Below the pieces are notes generated by a model. That model worked only from the letters and a program-made list of their open reading frames with translations, had not been told where the DNA came from and did not search any database. A stretch of 60,072 bases of DNA, counting the filler, from Sluysia triapertura (lineage: Eukaryota), in NCBI GenBank assembly GCA_046118255.1. It is 5 parts of 5 records of this genome, joined end to end, with 100 filler letters (N's around TTAATTAATTAA, not from the genome) between each part and the next. Parts side by side here need not be neighbours in the genome. Positions count along the whole stretch, not along the records: positions 24,608 to 36,379 come from JBJNIA010160044.1; positions 36,480 to 47,337 come from JBJNIA010192539.1; 3 more parts are not named here. One strand, written 5' to 3'. Position 1 is the first letter of the stretch. Each line of letters starts with the position of its first letter. A program made the position numbers and the translations under genes. Below are positions 26,832 through 39,603 of the stretch, in pieces.

Positions 26832-29800
26832 TCATTTATAATTTATTTGTTTTAATTATTTTCTATTTCTTGGTACTATGTTTTTTGTCCAGTTAGACAT
26901 AACACGTGTACTTACTTTAATTTGCTATACTTCTGATGTGTCCGTTAGTTAAGTTTTTGAAAGTATTCGTATAAAATACGAAAAATATTAAAAAAACAAA
27001 TTCAAAAAATATATTATACATAGAATGTTGAAAATATAAGAAATAAAAGATTCGGATAAAAAGGCCCAATCAAAATATGCTTGTTAGACAAAACAATTTT
27101 TTAAAATAGATCTTAAATTAAAAGACCAATGAACAATCATTTTAACACAGTATAACTTTTATTACTGAAAATTATAATTTTTGACTTTTCATTGATATTC
27201 GAATTTTTATACTCAAACCATTTCATCAATTTAATTATAAGCTTTCTCTTTCTTTTAATAATATTTTCTAAATTAATTTTTCTGACTATTTTTTTGTTAT
27301 TGAATTTGTAAATTTGACTTATTATAGAAAGTAAATTTTTATTCATTATATTTAAATTTCTATTGTATTCTTGATGTACTATACATTTTTATTCATTATA
27401 TTCAAATATCCATTGTAATTGTATTTTTGACATATTATATGAAGTATATATTTTTACATATTATTATAATAAAATTTCTATTGTTTTATATTAATCTAAT
27501 AAAATTTTCATTATTTATTTATTTTTTTAATTTAAAATGATTATTTATTATGTTTTATTCTACGGTACACTGTACAAAATTATTTTGTTCATCTTAAATA
27601 TTATGAATAGTTAACTATAGGATTTTCTTGTGAATTAATAGGCAGATATTTCGTCTATACTTAAGTGAATATTTTCTTGCTTAATAGCTCAACTTTATCT
27701 TAGGTTTTTCGTTTATCCAGCCAAATTTTCGAGTTAAGTTCTAGTTTCTTACGCTGCTTAATAAATATGAAAATTAAACTAATACGAATGTTTGTCATAA
27801 AACACTAACAATTGTAAAAATGACAATACATATATACATAATCATAGTAAAATGATTTATTCTAATAAAGCTTAGACCTTCCTGTTCTAAATTTAAAATT
27901 AAGATTTTATTACTAGCGTAAAATAAAATTGAGTTTGAAGGCACTTTTAGAAGTAAAATCATATCACCTACAAGATAATAATGATCAAACAACAATAGGT
28001 TAAATGTAGTTAGTAATATTTGTAGTTCCTCTTGATAGTGAAAAACTGTTTTCTTTAATCTCAAATTAAGGATTTATGAAGTCGCAATTTTTGTTTCATG
28101 ACGATTATGTAATATATTGTAAAAAATGTGTCATAAAATTCATCCTTTTATATTGAGCTATGCTCCACTTAAAACAGCTGGTTATTTAAAAATTTATTTA
28201 AAAATTTATTTTCAACAGCTGCATAGCTGATTATTTTGAAACAATTTATATTGAAACTTTTAAGTTATTATAGCTGATTTATTAATTTTTTATTTATTAA
28301 AATTAGTTATTAAAAGATCAGTTCAATTTATGACTAATCCGCACAACTGCTCATAACTAAATTAAATATTAATAAAAAAATTAACGTAATAATAAAAATT
28401 AACATATTAATAAAAAATTTAACATATTAATAACGTGGAGACCATAAGTAATTGAAAGTATTCTTTAATTTTAATTAATCTAGCAGATGATTCGTCAATC
28501 CCAATATTTTTCCAAATATGTTCAAAAAGTATATTATTCAAAAAATTAGTTTAATAATAATAATAAAATTAATATTAATGTTAATATTATAATTAGTTAA
28601 GACGTGGCGCCCACACGTAAAATATTTTTATTATATTTTAGTAACAAATTGTTTGTTTTAATAATTTAAAGGCGTTATACAAGGGTATATTATCTCAAGA
28701 CTTTGAAATAATAACTTAAAGAAGATTGATCCAAAAAGATAATGATTTAAGTAAAAACAGAAAGTGATTTGATTTAAACAAAATAAATTAGGATATAATT
28801 TAGTTTGGTAAAATTAATTAATATTTATAATTTATCACTTCATTAATGCATCAACATTTTTAAAATTTAGATTAAATTTTTTTTATTTAATGCATAATAC
28901 ATTTCATTTATTAATCTTGCTATTAATTTTTTCAATTTATTTAATTTTTATTTTTGCATTTATCAATTTATTAATCCATTAACCTTACAAATTCATACAA
29001 TCGTATTATTGTTATACACTTCGAATATATTAATGGTTTATTTACTGTTTATTATTGTTCGGTAAAAACTCATAAAGTAGTTAGTTGTAGTGCAAGTTTG
29101 ATTAGTACAATTTTGATAAACATTATTAAAGATTAAAATAGAAGTTAGATTTATATCATTGAGTGTACATTATTGCAGAGTAAAAGGTCGATTAAATTAT
29201 TTAAGTACGTAATTGAAAAATCAAAGGTGTAAATTAATTTAAGTTTAGTAAACTTAAAAATAATACATTAAGAATTTCTTATCAAAGACAATTAAATAAT
29301 TGATTTTAACTGAGACATTCTTAAATTAATTTGCGTCTGCAGTTAAAACTATATAGGGTTGTCTTTTGTTAGGGTACATGCTAACCTTACGTTATTTTGC
29401 GAAGAGTTAGATATAATATGTATTCATATAATATATTTCAAATAGTTTCCGTAATCTGTATTGTTTATATGTAAAAAAACTGCTTTATGTATTAGTTTTT
29501 ACTGAATTTTATAATATAGCAAATAAATTCTTCAATCTCATTTTTCTGCAATTGATGTTTCCCTTGTATAGTCCCTTTCTTGCTGTATTATTGATTAATC
29601 CATATTATAATGCTTTTGTATTAGTATGTATTTCTTAGTATCCTTTTTTCGTTTTTTTAAATAATCATAGGGTCTTTTTGTTCTGTTAACTTTTACGTAC
29701 TAATTAAATTTAGTGAGTTCCAATTAATGTTGATTGCGTTATTTTTCTATTTTATTTTGTTTGTTTTATGATATTAATTTGTTATTTTAAAATTACTGAT

Positions 29801-30369
29801 GTTTTTAATATTATATCTTTGTAAATTTCCTATGAAATTAAATAATTACCGTAAAATTATTTTTATGGTAAAATTAATTTTTTAATATTCTGTTTATTAA
29901 ATTTCACGTATTTTATTTTCGGTTTTCACATAAAATAACTCTAAAATAACGTAAACCCTATAAAGTTAAAATTGCATGCGGTCTATACAACGACATATAA
30001 TTCTTTTAGTACTTTTAATCATTGCAAATTTAACATATAATTTAAATTCACCATTACTGTTATTGATGTCAAACGAAACAAAACTTGTAAACAAATGTTT
30101 ATTTATATAAAAATAACGTGTAACAAAAAAAGTAACATAAAAATGTATAAATATGGAATAATTGATTAAATAACTTATCAAATCTTAATACAATTCTATA
30201 CTTTCGAATACACTATCTTATATTGCTCTTAATGAATTAATTTATGGCGATTTTAATCCTGTTTTAAATAAGAATCTTAAAAATAACGTTGAATCAATAT
30301 AAACATTCCAAATTATTAAATGTAATTATTAAATGTAATTAAGTGTTTTATTATTAAATGTAATTATAG

Positions 30370-30531
30370 GTTAATGGTAATTTAACCCTTGGAGAAAATA
30401 TAGCTGATAATGGTGGTGTTAAATTGGCGTTTCAAGTTTATAAAAAATTACAAACTTTGTATGGAGAAGAACCACCGTTGCCGGGTATCAACTATAATCA
30501 TGATCAGTTATTTTTCATATCATTTGCAAGA
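30370..30531 (+). CDS. Single internal exon of an M13 metallopeptidase (neprilysin/ECE family)
   Basis: AG/GT-bounded 162-nt phase-0 exon: [54 protein letters not shown]; contains the GENIAD zinc-ligand motif and LPG..QLFF. Confidence 0.92.
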
Positions 30532-33201
30532 GTATGTATTTTTCAATTATTGTTTTAATTCATTTGAAATATTAAAATAATTTTAAAGAAACAGAATTAT
30601 TAATCAAATAATTGATTGGATATTTGAAATTCCTCAGAGAAAAGTTATAATTCATAATTTTCAGTAAATTAATCAGAATTATTAAATATAATGCTAGTCA
30701 AAAACGTAATAGTATTGCCAAAAATTGCCAAAAAAGCAACAATTTAAAGATCAATTGATTGTAGCAATAGTTTTTTATACCTTAATCTATATAATAAAAT
30801 ATGAATATTGTAGTCAGTAGCCAAGAAAAGTTTTTTCATTAAAAAAGATTTAATGTAGCCCCTAATTTTAAAGAATTAAGTTGGTTACTGATAAAAGATG
30901 ATAATTTATAAATGTATCATCGTGAAAATAATGTTGCAAAATATCTGGTGTTTCAAAAATGTGCAACAAAATGTCGGAAAATATTAAAATCAATGATTCA
31001 GAATGATGTTTTCTAAGAACTTTATTTAAACATTTAATATTTAATATATTTATATAAAATAAATAAAATATAAATAAATCATAAAATAACAAAATAAAGT
31101 TAAGAAAATAGCCTGATGTAATTAATAGCGATATAATTACTGACAATGATGTTAAGCGATACATTTTCAATAATTATTAAGTATGAATTCATAAAACACA
31201 GAAAAAAACCTTTTCAGGTTGTACACCTTTCTAGGACCTACAAAACGCCAGTGCTGTGGTTTTCTAACACTTAATCTACGGCAAAATAATTTTGAGCAGG
31301 GTCCGGTTACTGTAAATGTCTTACAACGTATCTTTGGCGCTTCTGTAACTAATAAGTTAAAAGATCATCTAAAAAGTAATATCTGCTAGATTTTCTCTTT
31401 TTTTATTACATAAAGTAGACGTATCCACAGAAAGTAGCTACGAAAGAAATTACCTTAATATTGCTAACAAAAGTCACTTAACAACAGGATATTTTGCAAT
31501 TTTTCGACTAGAGTAACTAATCTGAACGATCCTAATAACAAATTTGATCCTAAGTATCCTATAGATTAATTTATACGCAAATTTAAATAGGTTTATTATC
31601 GTATTCGTGACAATTTTAAGTCTAAAGATCCCTTAAAATTACATAATACAAACAATTTATTTTATTTTATATTCTAACAATTAACGAACGAACAGTAGAA
31701 TAAATTTATTAACGAGTTACAATTTTTATGGTAAACAATTATAATAATAATAATAAATTAAACAAGAGAAAAACAATTTTTTCTGATTGTTAATATAAAA
31801 TTTTGGTCTAGAGTTTAACCCAGGTTTAATACTTGGGTGCAAAGTTAAATAATTTTACGTGTGATTTTGAAGCTAAATTTATTAAAGCCTAACTAAACAA
31901 GTATTATCTTAATAAATGCTGATAAAAATCCGAGGAAATATTGTTCTTCGAATCAATTCGATTGGTAGTATCTGATTCTCCAAATCACTTCTGAAAATCC
32001 AAATAAATTCGTCTGACGAAAAGTGATAAATGTTACGTTAGCCGCTTTATAACCAAATTTCGAAAGTCCAAATATCACGACAGTAACTTTAAAACGTTTA
32101 TAAAAATTTCTCCGCTGATTAATGTTGTTTACCGAATCTTGTATTTATATATGTATATTTATTGATGGTAGATAATAAATATTTTTATTCTTCTTAGTGC
32201 CATAAAAATGTTTTTATTTATCGGAATTCAGTAGTTTGCTCATAAAATTTTATAGAATTATTTTTTAATGCTATTTTTATTATTTTTCTCACAGTTATTA
32301 AAATCAAATAATTTTTGTATAATGATTTATAATTTTATTTACAATTTAAATTTACAAATTAGAATTTAAATAATATTACAAATTAGAATTTTAGAATAAA
32401 ATAAGACAATAAAATCTTTACAATCAATTATTTTTGATACAATTTTTATATTTTTAATACAATTTTTCTAATATCAATATACAAAATTTCGTAGTATGAT
32501 TTTAATATTTACAGGTTAATAAGGTCTTAAATGATCTAAAGATTTACAAGTTCGAAGGTACCTTAATACTTCTAAAGGTTTTTCAAGTCCATCTCAAGCT
32601 TCCTTAAGGTCGCAAACCCTTATATAGGTCTTTGGAACCTTAAGGAATCCTTTAGCTGTTAAGATCATTATAAATGTTTTCTTTTTCATGATTCTTATTT
32701 CAACGCTGCTTATAATGTTCAATCCATCACTTGGTATCAGTTATTTCTTCATTTTATAGTTCTATATGTTTCTCAGGCATTTTCTGATACCCAGTTTGGC
32801 AATCCCAAATTAAACGTTCAATAATTATGAAATAATTAAATTCCCTTTGTTCAACATAAACTCGGTTAAACTATACCTTCATCGAAAGGTCTTTCGAAAA
32901 CCAAAACGTATACAATTTCAAGTTTGACATAATATTCCTTATTCATACATTATTCACGAAAAAGTATGTATTCGTAATTAATCTATTTTTTGACTTAATC
33001 TAACTTTATGCTGAAAAGTTATATTAAGGGTTTTTAAATTTTTTAGTACTGTAGATATTAAAAAGTAAACATTTGTAATAAATATAAACATTTGTAATTT
33101 GTAAATAAAATTGAAATAATTAATTAATCGGATATTTTCGTAAAATAATTAATTAGTACAAATATTATCTACCAATAAATTAGATAAAATATTTACTGCA
33201 A

Positions 33202-33342
33202 ATTTAGATAATAAAACTATTTTACTAATAATTTAGGTAAATAATTTAGATAATAAAACTTTTTAAACTATTTTACTAAAAATTTAAATAACGAAACTTT
33301 TTAAACTATTTTACTAAAAATTTAAATAACGAAACTTTTTAA
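33202..33342. repeat. 38-bp minisatellite
   Basis: AAACTTTTTAAACTATTTTACTAAAAATTTAAATAACG with period 38, plus a degenerate upstream copy. Confidence 0.85.
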
Positions 33343-34104
33343 TCTAGATAATTATTTTAAATCTTTGCCTACATTTATAAAAATAATTATTTGTATTTTT
33401 TTAATTTAATTATCTTTTAATTATCTTTTAACGTAGTAAAAAACTCTACACATATAAATAGCTCACGGTTTTAGTTTAGAAGACAATCAGAAAATTTTAA
33501 ATTTTAAAAATCTTTTGTGGAAGAGTTTAATACTCGCGATATATACTTCGTTGGAATTGAATCTTTTTCGAGAATAATTATTTATTAATCCACTTGGTGT
33601 TCGAAGACTTTATCTGGAATTGTCGTAAGGATTTCAAATTGAGTCAACATTATAAATTGGAAACAACCGTGTGAATTTAAATCGGATCGTCAATAGAAGA
33701 ATTGGAACTAACAGAATTATTTATTAACCGTAAGCTATTTATGTTAGGGTTTATACAGGGATTCTCTGTATTAAAATCAACGTAAAATTAAACTTATTAT
33801 CCACACCCAAGTATTCACCTGGATTAAAATCATTTTAAAATTATATTTTAATTTGTTTAGGAGCAATCCTAAATCTAGTAAATTAAATTATTATTATATT
33901 ATTGGATATTTTTTTGTTGATAATAATCTTGCTTGTAAAATTATTTATTAGTTTGATTCAATAAAAATTCATAGAATATGTTAAGTATTACATATTTTTG
34001 TTTTGATTATTAAATTAATTTAACTGTCAAAAAGTTAAAGGATAAAAAACATTTGTTAAAATTTGATAAATTGACTCAAAATGGTACAATTAAAGTTATA
34101 CACA

Positions 34105-34148
34105 TAAGATAGTAAGATAGTAAGATAGTAAGATTATAAGATAGTAAG
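34105..34148. repeat. (TAAGATAG)n 8-mer tandem repeat
   Basis: About 5.5 units. Confidence 0.85.
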
Positions 34149-35448
34149 GAATCTTTCGCAGTTTTGACATATTATAATCCTATAACCAAGTCTTCCGTGA
34201 GATATAAAACTTAGATTATAGGCGGACCCGTTTTGACGTATTTTTTCACAATTGTTTTTTGATAAAATCTGAACAGATCTAAATAAATCTGTTGGATAAA
34301 ATTTATATTTATTATAACTGTGAATGTTGAAACTACGTAAATAAGTTTAAGTGAATAGCAAAGTTGTAGGTGCAAATTAAATATTTAGTTATGTTTCTTT
34401 TGAATTGAAACTTGAATTTGAGATAGTATTAATGAATCCAATGATTGGATATGTATTCTTATTGATTTACTTTACACAGATAATTTGTTATAAAAATTTT
34501 TGTACTTATTTTAGGAAAAATTTTCAATCAATAATTATCAAATACTCATAAAATCAATATCAAAAATTTATTTAATTGTTAGTCAATAATATAAAAACTT
34601 TAAATATTACACTAAATCAACATCACAAAATGTTAATAAAATTTAATGATTTGTCCTTAAAATTGTAAATAATCAATTAAGATAGATCAATTACTATAAT
34701 AAAGATTTGAATATTAATAATATTATTTGCAAAAATAATGTTTATTTGGAAAATTTATAAAAACAAAATTATATGAGTAATTAAATGTTACAGAATTTTT
34801 AATTAAAGATTAAGTGTGCTTTTATCGTTAATTGTACATTATCACTTAATAATCAACAAAACTAATGAATTTTAAAAAATTAATAATATTGTGTTCCAAA
34901 AGATTCTTTTCTTTAATGATGAATGATCCCCAACAGCTTGTATATCTGATAAAACTTTTAATCACGTAAAATATAATAAATAATTCAAAATATCAAATTA
35001 TTTGAAATCGCGTAACCAATTTATAATTAATAAACGTAAAATTTTTTGACTCAAATTGTAAATTAAATGTCTATTTTAATGTTGTTCAAATATTCAATAA
35101 ACTGTTTTCCTCACTTGTGATTTTACTACTTATGATTAAAATTGAGTGGTGATTTAGAGTGAACGCTATTTATACTAAACACTATGTTAAATGATTAATG
35201 TATAATGTACTAATATAATGTTGCGTCTTTAAAGTTACTAGCTATTACGACTCAATAATAACTTGGTTAGCTTAAAGGAACCTTAATAATTTTAAATAGT
35301 CAGTATATCAAATATCTTTTTACAGTAATCCTTTCTTATAATATTAATAATTATTATCCCAAATTTAAGTTCTTGTAAATCAAATCAAAACTAAGTCAGT
35401 AATATACTATTAAATAAAAATCGAAATAGAATTTATTGTTATTTCACC

Positions 35449-35830
35449 TGTGGTGGTCAACCTTTTATCTGAAATTCTTATCCTATTATATATACTTAAT
35501 GGCACTTTTCTAAACATTTCACATTTCATCTTTTAGATTCATCAAAATTCTTTAATATTTTAATACATTTCAAATTTACAATTTTATAACATTAAAAATA
35601 ATACGTACATTGAAAATTTTTAAGCACACGTTTCAAATTTAATTTAAAACACTTCAAGTCCACAATTGTTTAACATTCAATCATCAAAATCATTGAAAAA
35701 CACCTAATTCATATTTCAAAATAATTTTAAACATTATAATTAAAATGGAATTTCTTCAATATCTTTAGTCATCTTCTTTAGACATCATTTTATTAATTTC
35801 CTTTAACATCATTAACTACGTCGTTATTTT
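35449..35830 (+). mobile_element. LTR-like terminal fragment (TGTGGTGG family)
   Basis: TGTGGTGGTCAACCTTTT at 35449; C/A-skewed downstream; similar to the 26831 copy. Confidence 0.5.
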
Positions 35831-36105
35831 TTTAGTTTAGATTACATAAATCCTTTTTAAAAAAAGATTCAAGAATTTGAATAAATATTGAAAAAGAAAA
35901 AGAAATCTTTTAAAGAAAGAAAAGAATTTAAAAGAACTTATGTATTTTATGTAATTTTAGTTTTAAGATTGTAAAAGAAAAGAAATAAGTAAAGAAAGAA
36001 TTAAAAGATTTGAAAGAAATTTTTATTTTCAATTTTTATGTTATTTTATTATTATTATCATTATTTTATTTTATTTATTATTATTATTACTATTATTATT
36101 GTTGT

Positions 36106-36379
36106 TGTAGGGAATTCATCACACAAAATCCATCACATTTCCTCACATAAAAACACTTCACATGTACGCAGACCATTGAACAAACTACTAAACTCATTCA
36201 AAAAACAAACATGACCATCACACCTAATTATCTTGAACTACAGCTATTATTATTACAATTCAAATCGTATTAAACAATATACATATAATAATTATAGTCA
36301 TCATTGTTATATAATATAAATATCAAATAATAACTTTTATAATAATTTTCATAATAGATTTTAACACAAACAATTCAGT
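36106..36379 (+). mobile_element. LTR-like terminal fragment (TGTAGGGAA family)
   Basis: TGTAGGGAATTC at 36106; homologous to the reverse complement of 14520-14770; runs into the contig end. Confidence 0.65.
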
Positions 36380-36479
36380 NNNNNNNNNNNNNNNNNNNNN
36401 NNNNNNNNNNNNNNNNNNNNNNNTTAATTAATTAANNNNNNNNNNNNNNNNNNNNNNNNNNNNNNNNNNNNNNNNNNNN
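36380..36479. other. Artificial contig linker
   Basis: N44-TTAATTAATTAA-N44. Confidence 0.97.
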
Positions 36480-37001
36480 TTTTAAAAATAAAAATAAAAT
36501 TAAGAATAAAATTAAAATTAAAAAATGTAGATTGATGCGGCCCTCCACACTTTAATAATAATAATAATAATAATAATAATGTAATTTTAATATAGTAATA
36601 ATAAAATAATAATTTTAAAAAATATAAGAATAATTATGGCAAATTACATTAACTATTAATTTATAAAATAATTAATTTATGAATTAAATTTTACATTTAA
36701 AATTTTACACATTCAAAAAAGTACATAAATTTTTACATAATATTTATAATATATATTTACATAACACAATTATGCATCTACATTTAACATTACGTTATCA
36801 AACTAAATTTTAATTAAATTAATTAACAAATGTAATTTAAAATTTTAACTTATACAGGATTATTTCTTAGTAACTTCGCATCCTTTTTTGCATTTTGATT
36901 CAAATATTTTATACACTTATTTTGTTATCACAATTTATCATAATACTTTATATTGATTCCTCGATGATGTTTATTTAATATTTAAACCCTTTTTTTCCTC
37001 C

Positions 37002-37652
37002 TTACTTTAGTTGGATTGGGTTTTGTAGTATTAAGTTTAAATGATAGCAATTTGGTATGATTATGAATATTTTACTTTTGAAATCAAAATTTATATAATT
37101 CTTATTTATATAATTAAATATAAATTCGTTGTGAAAATTATGTTTTAAAATTTTATTTAGATTTATTATCAGCGATTTAATAGCTATAACAATTTCTTTA
37201 TTTTTAATTATAACAAAAGTTTTGAATTTATTTGTTATAGTTATATCGTCGCGTATGTTAATCAGCCTTCCCCAAGAATTATCATCTAAAATAAAATGAA
37301 GGTATAAATTATAGACAAAGTGAATAAAAGAAATAATTACGTTATTAGGATACTGCAAAACTTGCAAATTACACGCCAATATAATTTGATCTTTAAACCA
37401 TAAACAGTCTGTGCAATTAATTTTATTAGAATTTACTTTGATGTTATTTTGGGATAGATAAATTTCTAATAGCGCGACATCTGTAGTGCCACGCTTAGGT
37501 AATCTTGATATAAGTTTTATATCAGTATTATACAATTCATAAGTCGTGATGTAATCTTCGCATCTACAAATACTCATACAAACGTTTGTAAAACCATCAC
37601 TAATAACATTATCATAATCAGTAATTTTATTCAACTTATCCTTTATTGACAT
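37002..37652 (-). CDS. Intronless 216-aa hypothetical protein of a repeated orphan family
   Basis: Longest ORF in the window, ATG start, CxDC motif; has a diverged paralogue at 24036-24408. Confidence 0.6.
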   Translation of the reverse strand: MSIKDKLNKITDYDNVISDGFTNVCMSICRCEDYITTYELYNTDIKLISRLPKRGTTDVALLEIYLSQNNIKVNSNKINCTDCLWFKDQIILACNLQVLQYPNNVIISFIHFVYNLYLHFILDDNSWGRLINIRDDITITNKFKTFVIIKNKEIVIAIKSLIINLNKILKHNFHNEFIFNYINKNYINFDFKSKIFIIIPNCYHLNLILQNPIQLK

Positions 37653-37885
37653 TTTATAGATGTTTATTTTATAATTTAAAACATTTGGTAAATCTAATAA
37701 CTTGAGAAAATAACTCTGAAAATTCGATCAATTAATGTAAATATAAAATCAAAAATCATGTTATCATTGATAAAATGGATGAGAGATAACTCATCACATG
37801 GTGAGCAGAGTCACTGCGAACATTTATTTCTTTTTTCGTATTTAACATAAAATAAGGTAACTCACATAATTTTATTGTTGGATCA

Positions 37886-38552
37886 TTATGAAAAGATGTA
37901 AAATAGCTGAATAAAACTGTAACATTTATCGTGTGCTACAAATTTTAAATTATCTTTACTATAGGCAGTCATCAACATGTTAAATGAAATGGCGATACTC
38001 TCATTAATACAACCGTAGCCTTTCAGAAAATAAATTAAGAGAATCATAGATTCATTCACATTATTCATTTGGCTCAATGTAGTATTACTTTTTATATCTT
38101 TAAACATGCTCTACAAGTAAATGAGAATCAAAAAATGTAATATATCTAGTTAAAACGTTCGCTATTAGCAGCTGAACTTGTTCTTTAGAAAATAATAAAC
38201 GCTTACTATATGTATACATTGGATCCAATGACTGAAAACTATAAATTTGAAACAAACTTTTTATCTATTCTAAGACTGGAACTATATATCCTGAATTGTG
38301 TACGCGAATTGAATAATATCATTCTATGACATATTTGAATTTTGCATATAAATTACTAATTATTAAACTAAATAATTTGCTGCTGTTCTCAGTTGATGCT
38401 AGAGAAAACTTCATTAAGATATCAGATATTTGACAAACAGAATCATATTGTTCTCGAAACAACTTTTTAATTTCATTTTCAAGATGACGCAAAGATACAT
38501 TTATTTTGATTTCAGCATTAAGTTTAAAATTGCACTGTGAGTCTCCATCCAT
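37886..38552 (-). pseudogene. Intronless CACUL1-like (cullin N-terminal repeat) pseudogene
   Basis: Read through two stops and one frameshift: LENEIKKLF..ENSSKLFSLII..FQSLDPMYTY..FDSHLLVEHV..FLKGYGCI, collinear with CACUL1 LDGAIDQLL..QHSEQMYSDLI..LQSIVPLFIY..FTEHVAEKHI..IVKGLYTL. Confidence 0.6.
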
Positions 38553-39259
38553 TTTGTTTGTACTTTAAAATTTTTATGACTTTTATTATTATGAAATCGT
38601 TTCTAACAATTTTTTGTGTAAACGTTTATCTGATTAGTCGTCTAATCAGAAAGCGAAAAAATCAATAATCAGTATGATACTGATTAGACGACTAATACAA
38701 GTATAATCAAGAGATGAGCTACCAACAATTTATTTTGATGTGACCATTATCATTGATGACAGCACAACATGTATAGTAAGTCATAGTGTCACCATTGATA
38801 GTGGCAAATACTTAGCAGATTGATGAAAATTAACGTTTTAAAAATAAATGATAACAATATAATAATAACAATAATAATAACAACCATAGCAATATTACTA
38901 TTATTATTATTGTTATTAATACATAAATTCTTCTTAAACCTTACACGATCTGTCTTAATTCTCTTTATATTTCTGGACATATTTTGAATTTAGAATAAAA
39001 GTAATTAAATTGAGTGTAATATCAATAATAATAAGAGAAATGATGTTATAATTATTATTGTTATTAAACTGCATAAACTGTTAAATTCTTTAAAACTGAA
39101 CACAATCTTGCTTTAAATGCTTTAAATTTCTAAACATATTTGAACTAAAAATCTTTAAGTAAAGGTTGGCTTAAGTAAATGTGAAAGAGATAAATTATAG
39201 TATAATTCTTAGTATATTCGAAAGGTTATTGTACAATGTTGATAATATGATTTGTTCTG

Positions 39260-39603
39260 TTGGTACTTTTAAGTTGTATTGTCTTTTGTGTTGTTAGGGA
39301 TTATATGATAACAAATGATGAATTTAAAATGTTGTAATTGATTCGAAGGTGTCGGGTGGATAATTTCGGATGTGGTTGAAGTTTGATTGTTATGAATGTC
39401 GAGTAACACGTTTTTGATGGATCTGTTGATGTAAATTGATGGTATTGGATGCAAATGTGGTTTGTATTTTGTGAGATTGTGGATATGACTAGATTCTGGC
39501 AGATGAACTGTTTTGTGAGTTTATAGAAGGTAAATATGTGAATATTAAAGTGTTAAAGAATTATTTTTTTTAAATTTAATAATAGTAAAAGTTGATCACC
39601 ACA
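39260..39603 (-). mobile_element. LTR-like terminal fragment (TGTGGTG family)
   Basis: Minus strand starts TGTGGTGATCAACTTTT at 39603; 39380-39500 is homologous to 11175-11300 (shared peptide IHN..IYIN.S.KN..LDIHNN). Confidence 0.55.

Noticed and set aside
27137-27346. K/I/N-rich short ORF (also 29966-30181, 30868-31170, 57273-57458, 58081-58459)
   Set aside because: Composition expected by chance in very AT-rich DNA; no motifs or splice support
28605-28616. TGGCGCCCA as a tRNA-Lys primer-binding site
   Set aside because: Only 9 nt match, no adjacent CA LTR end and no gag ORF
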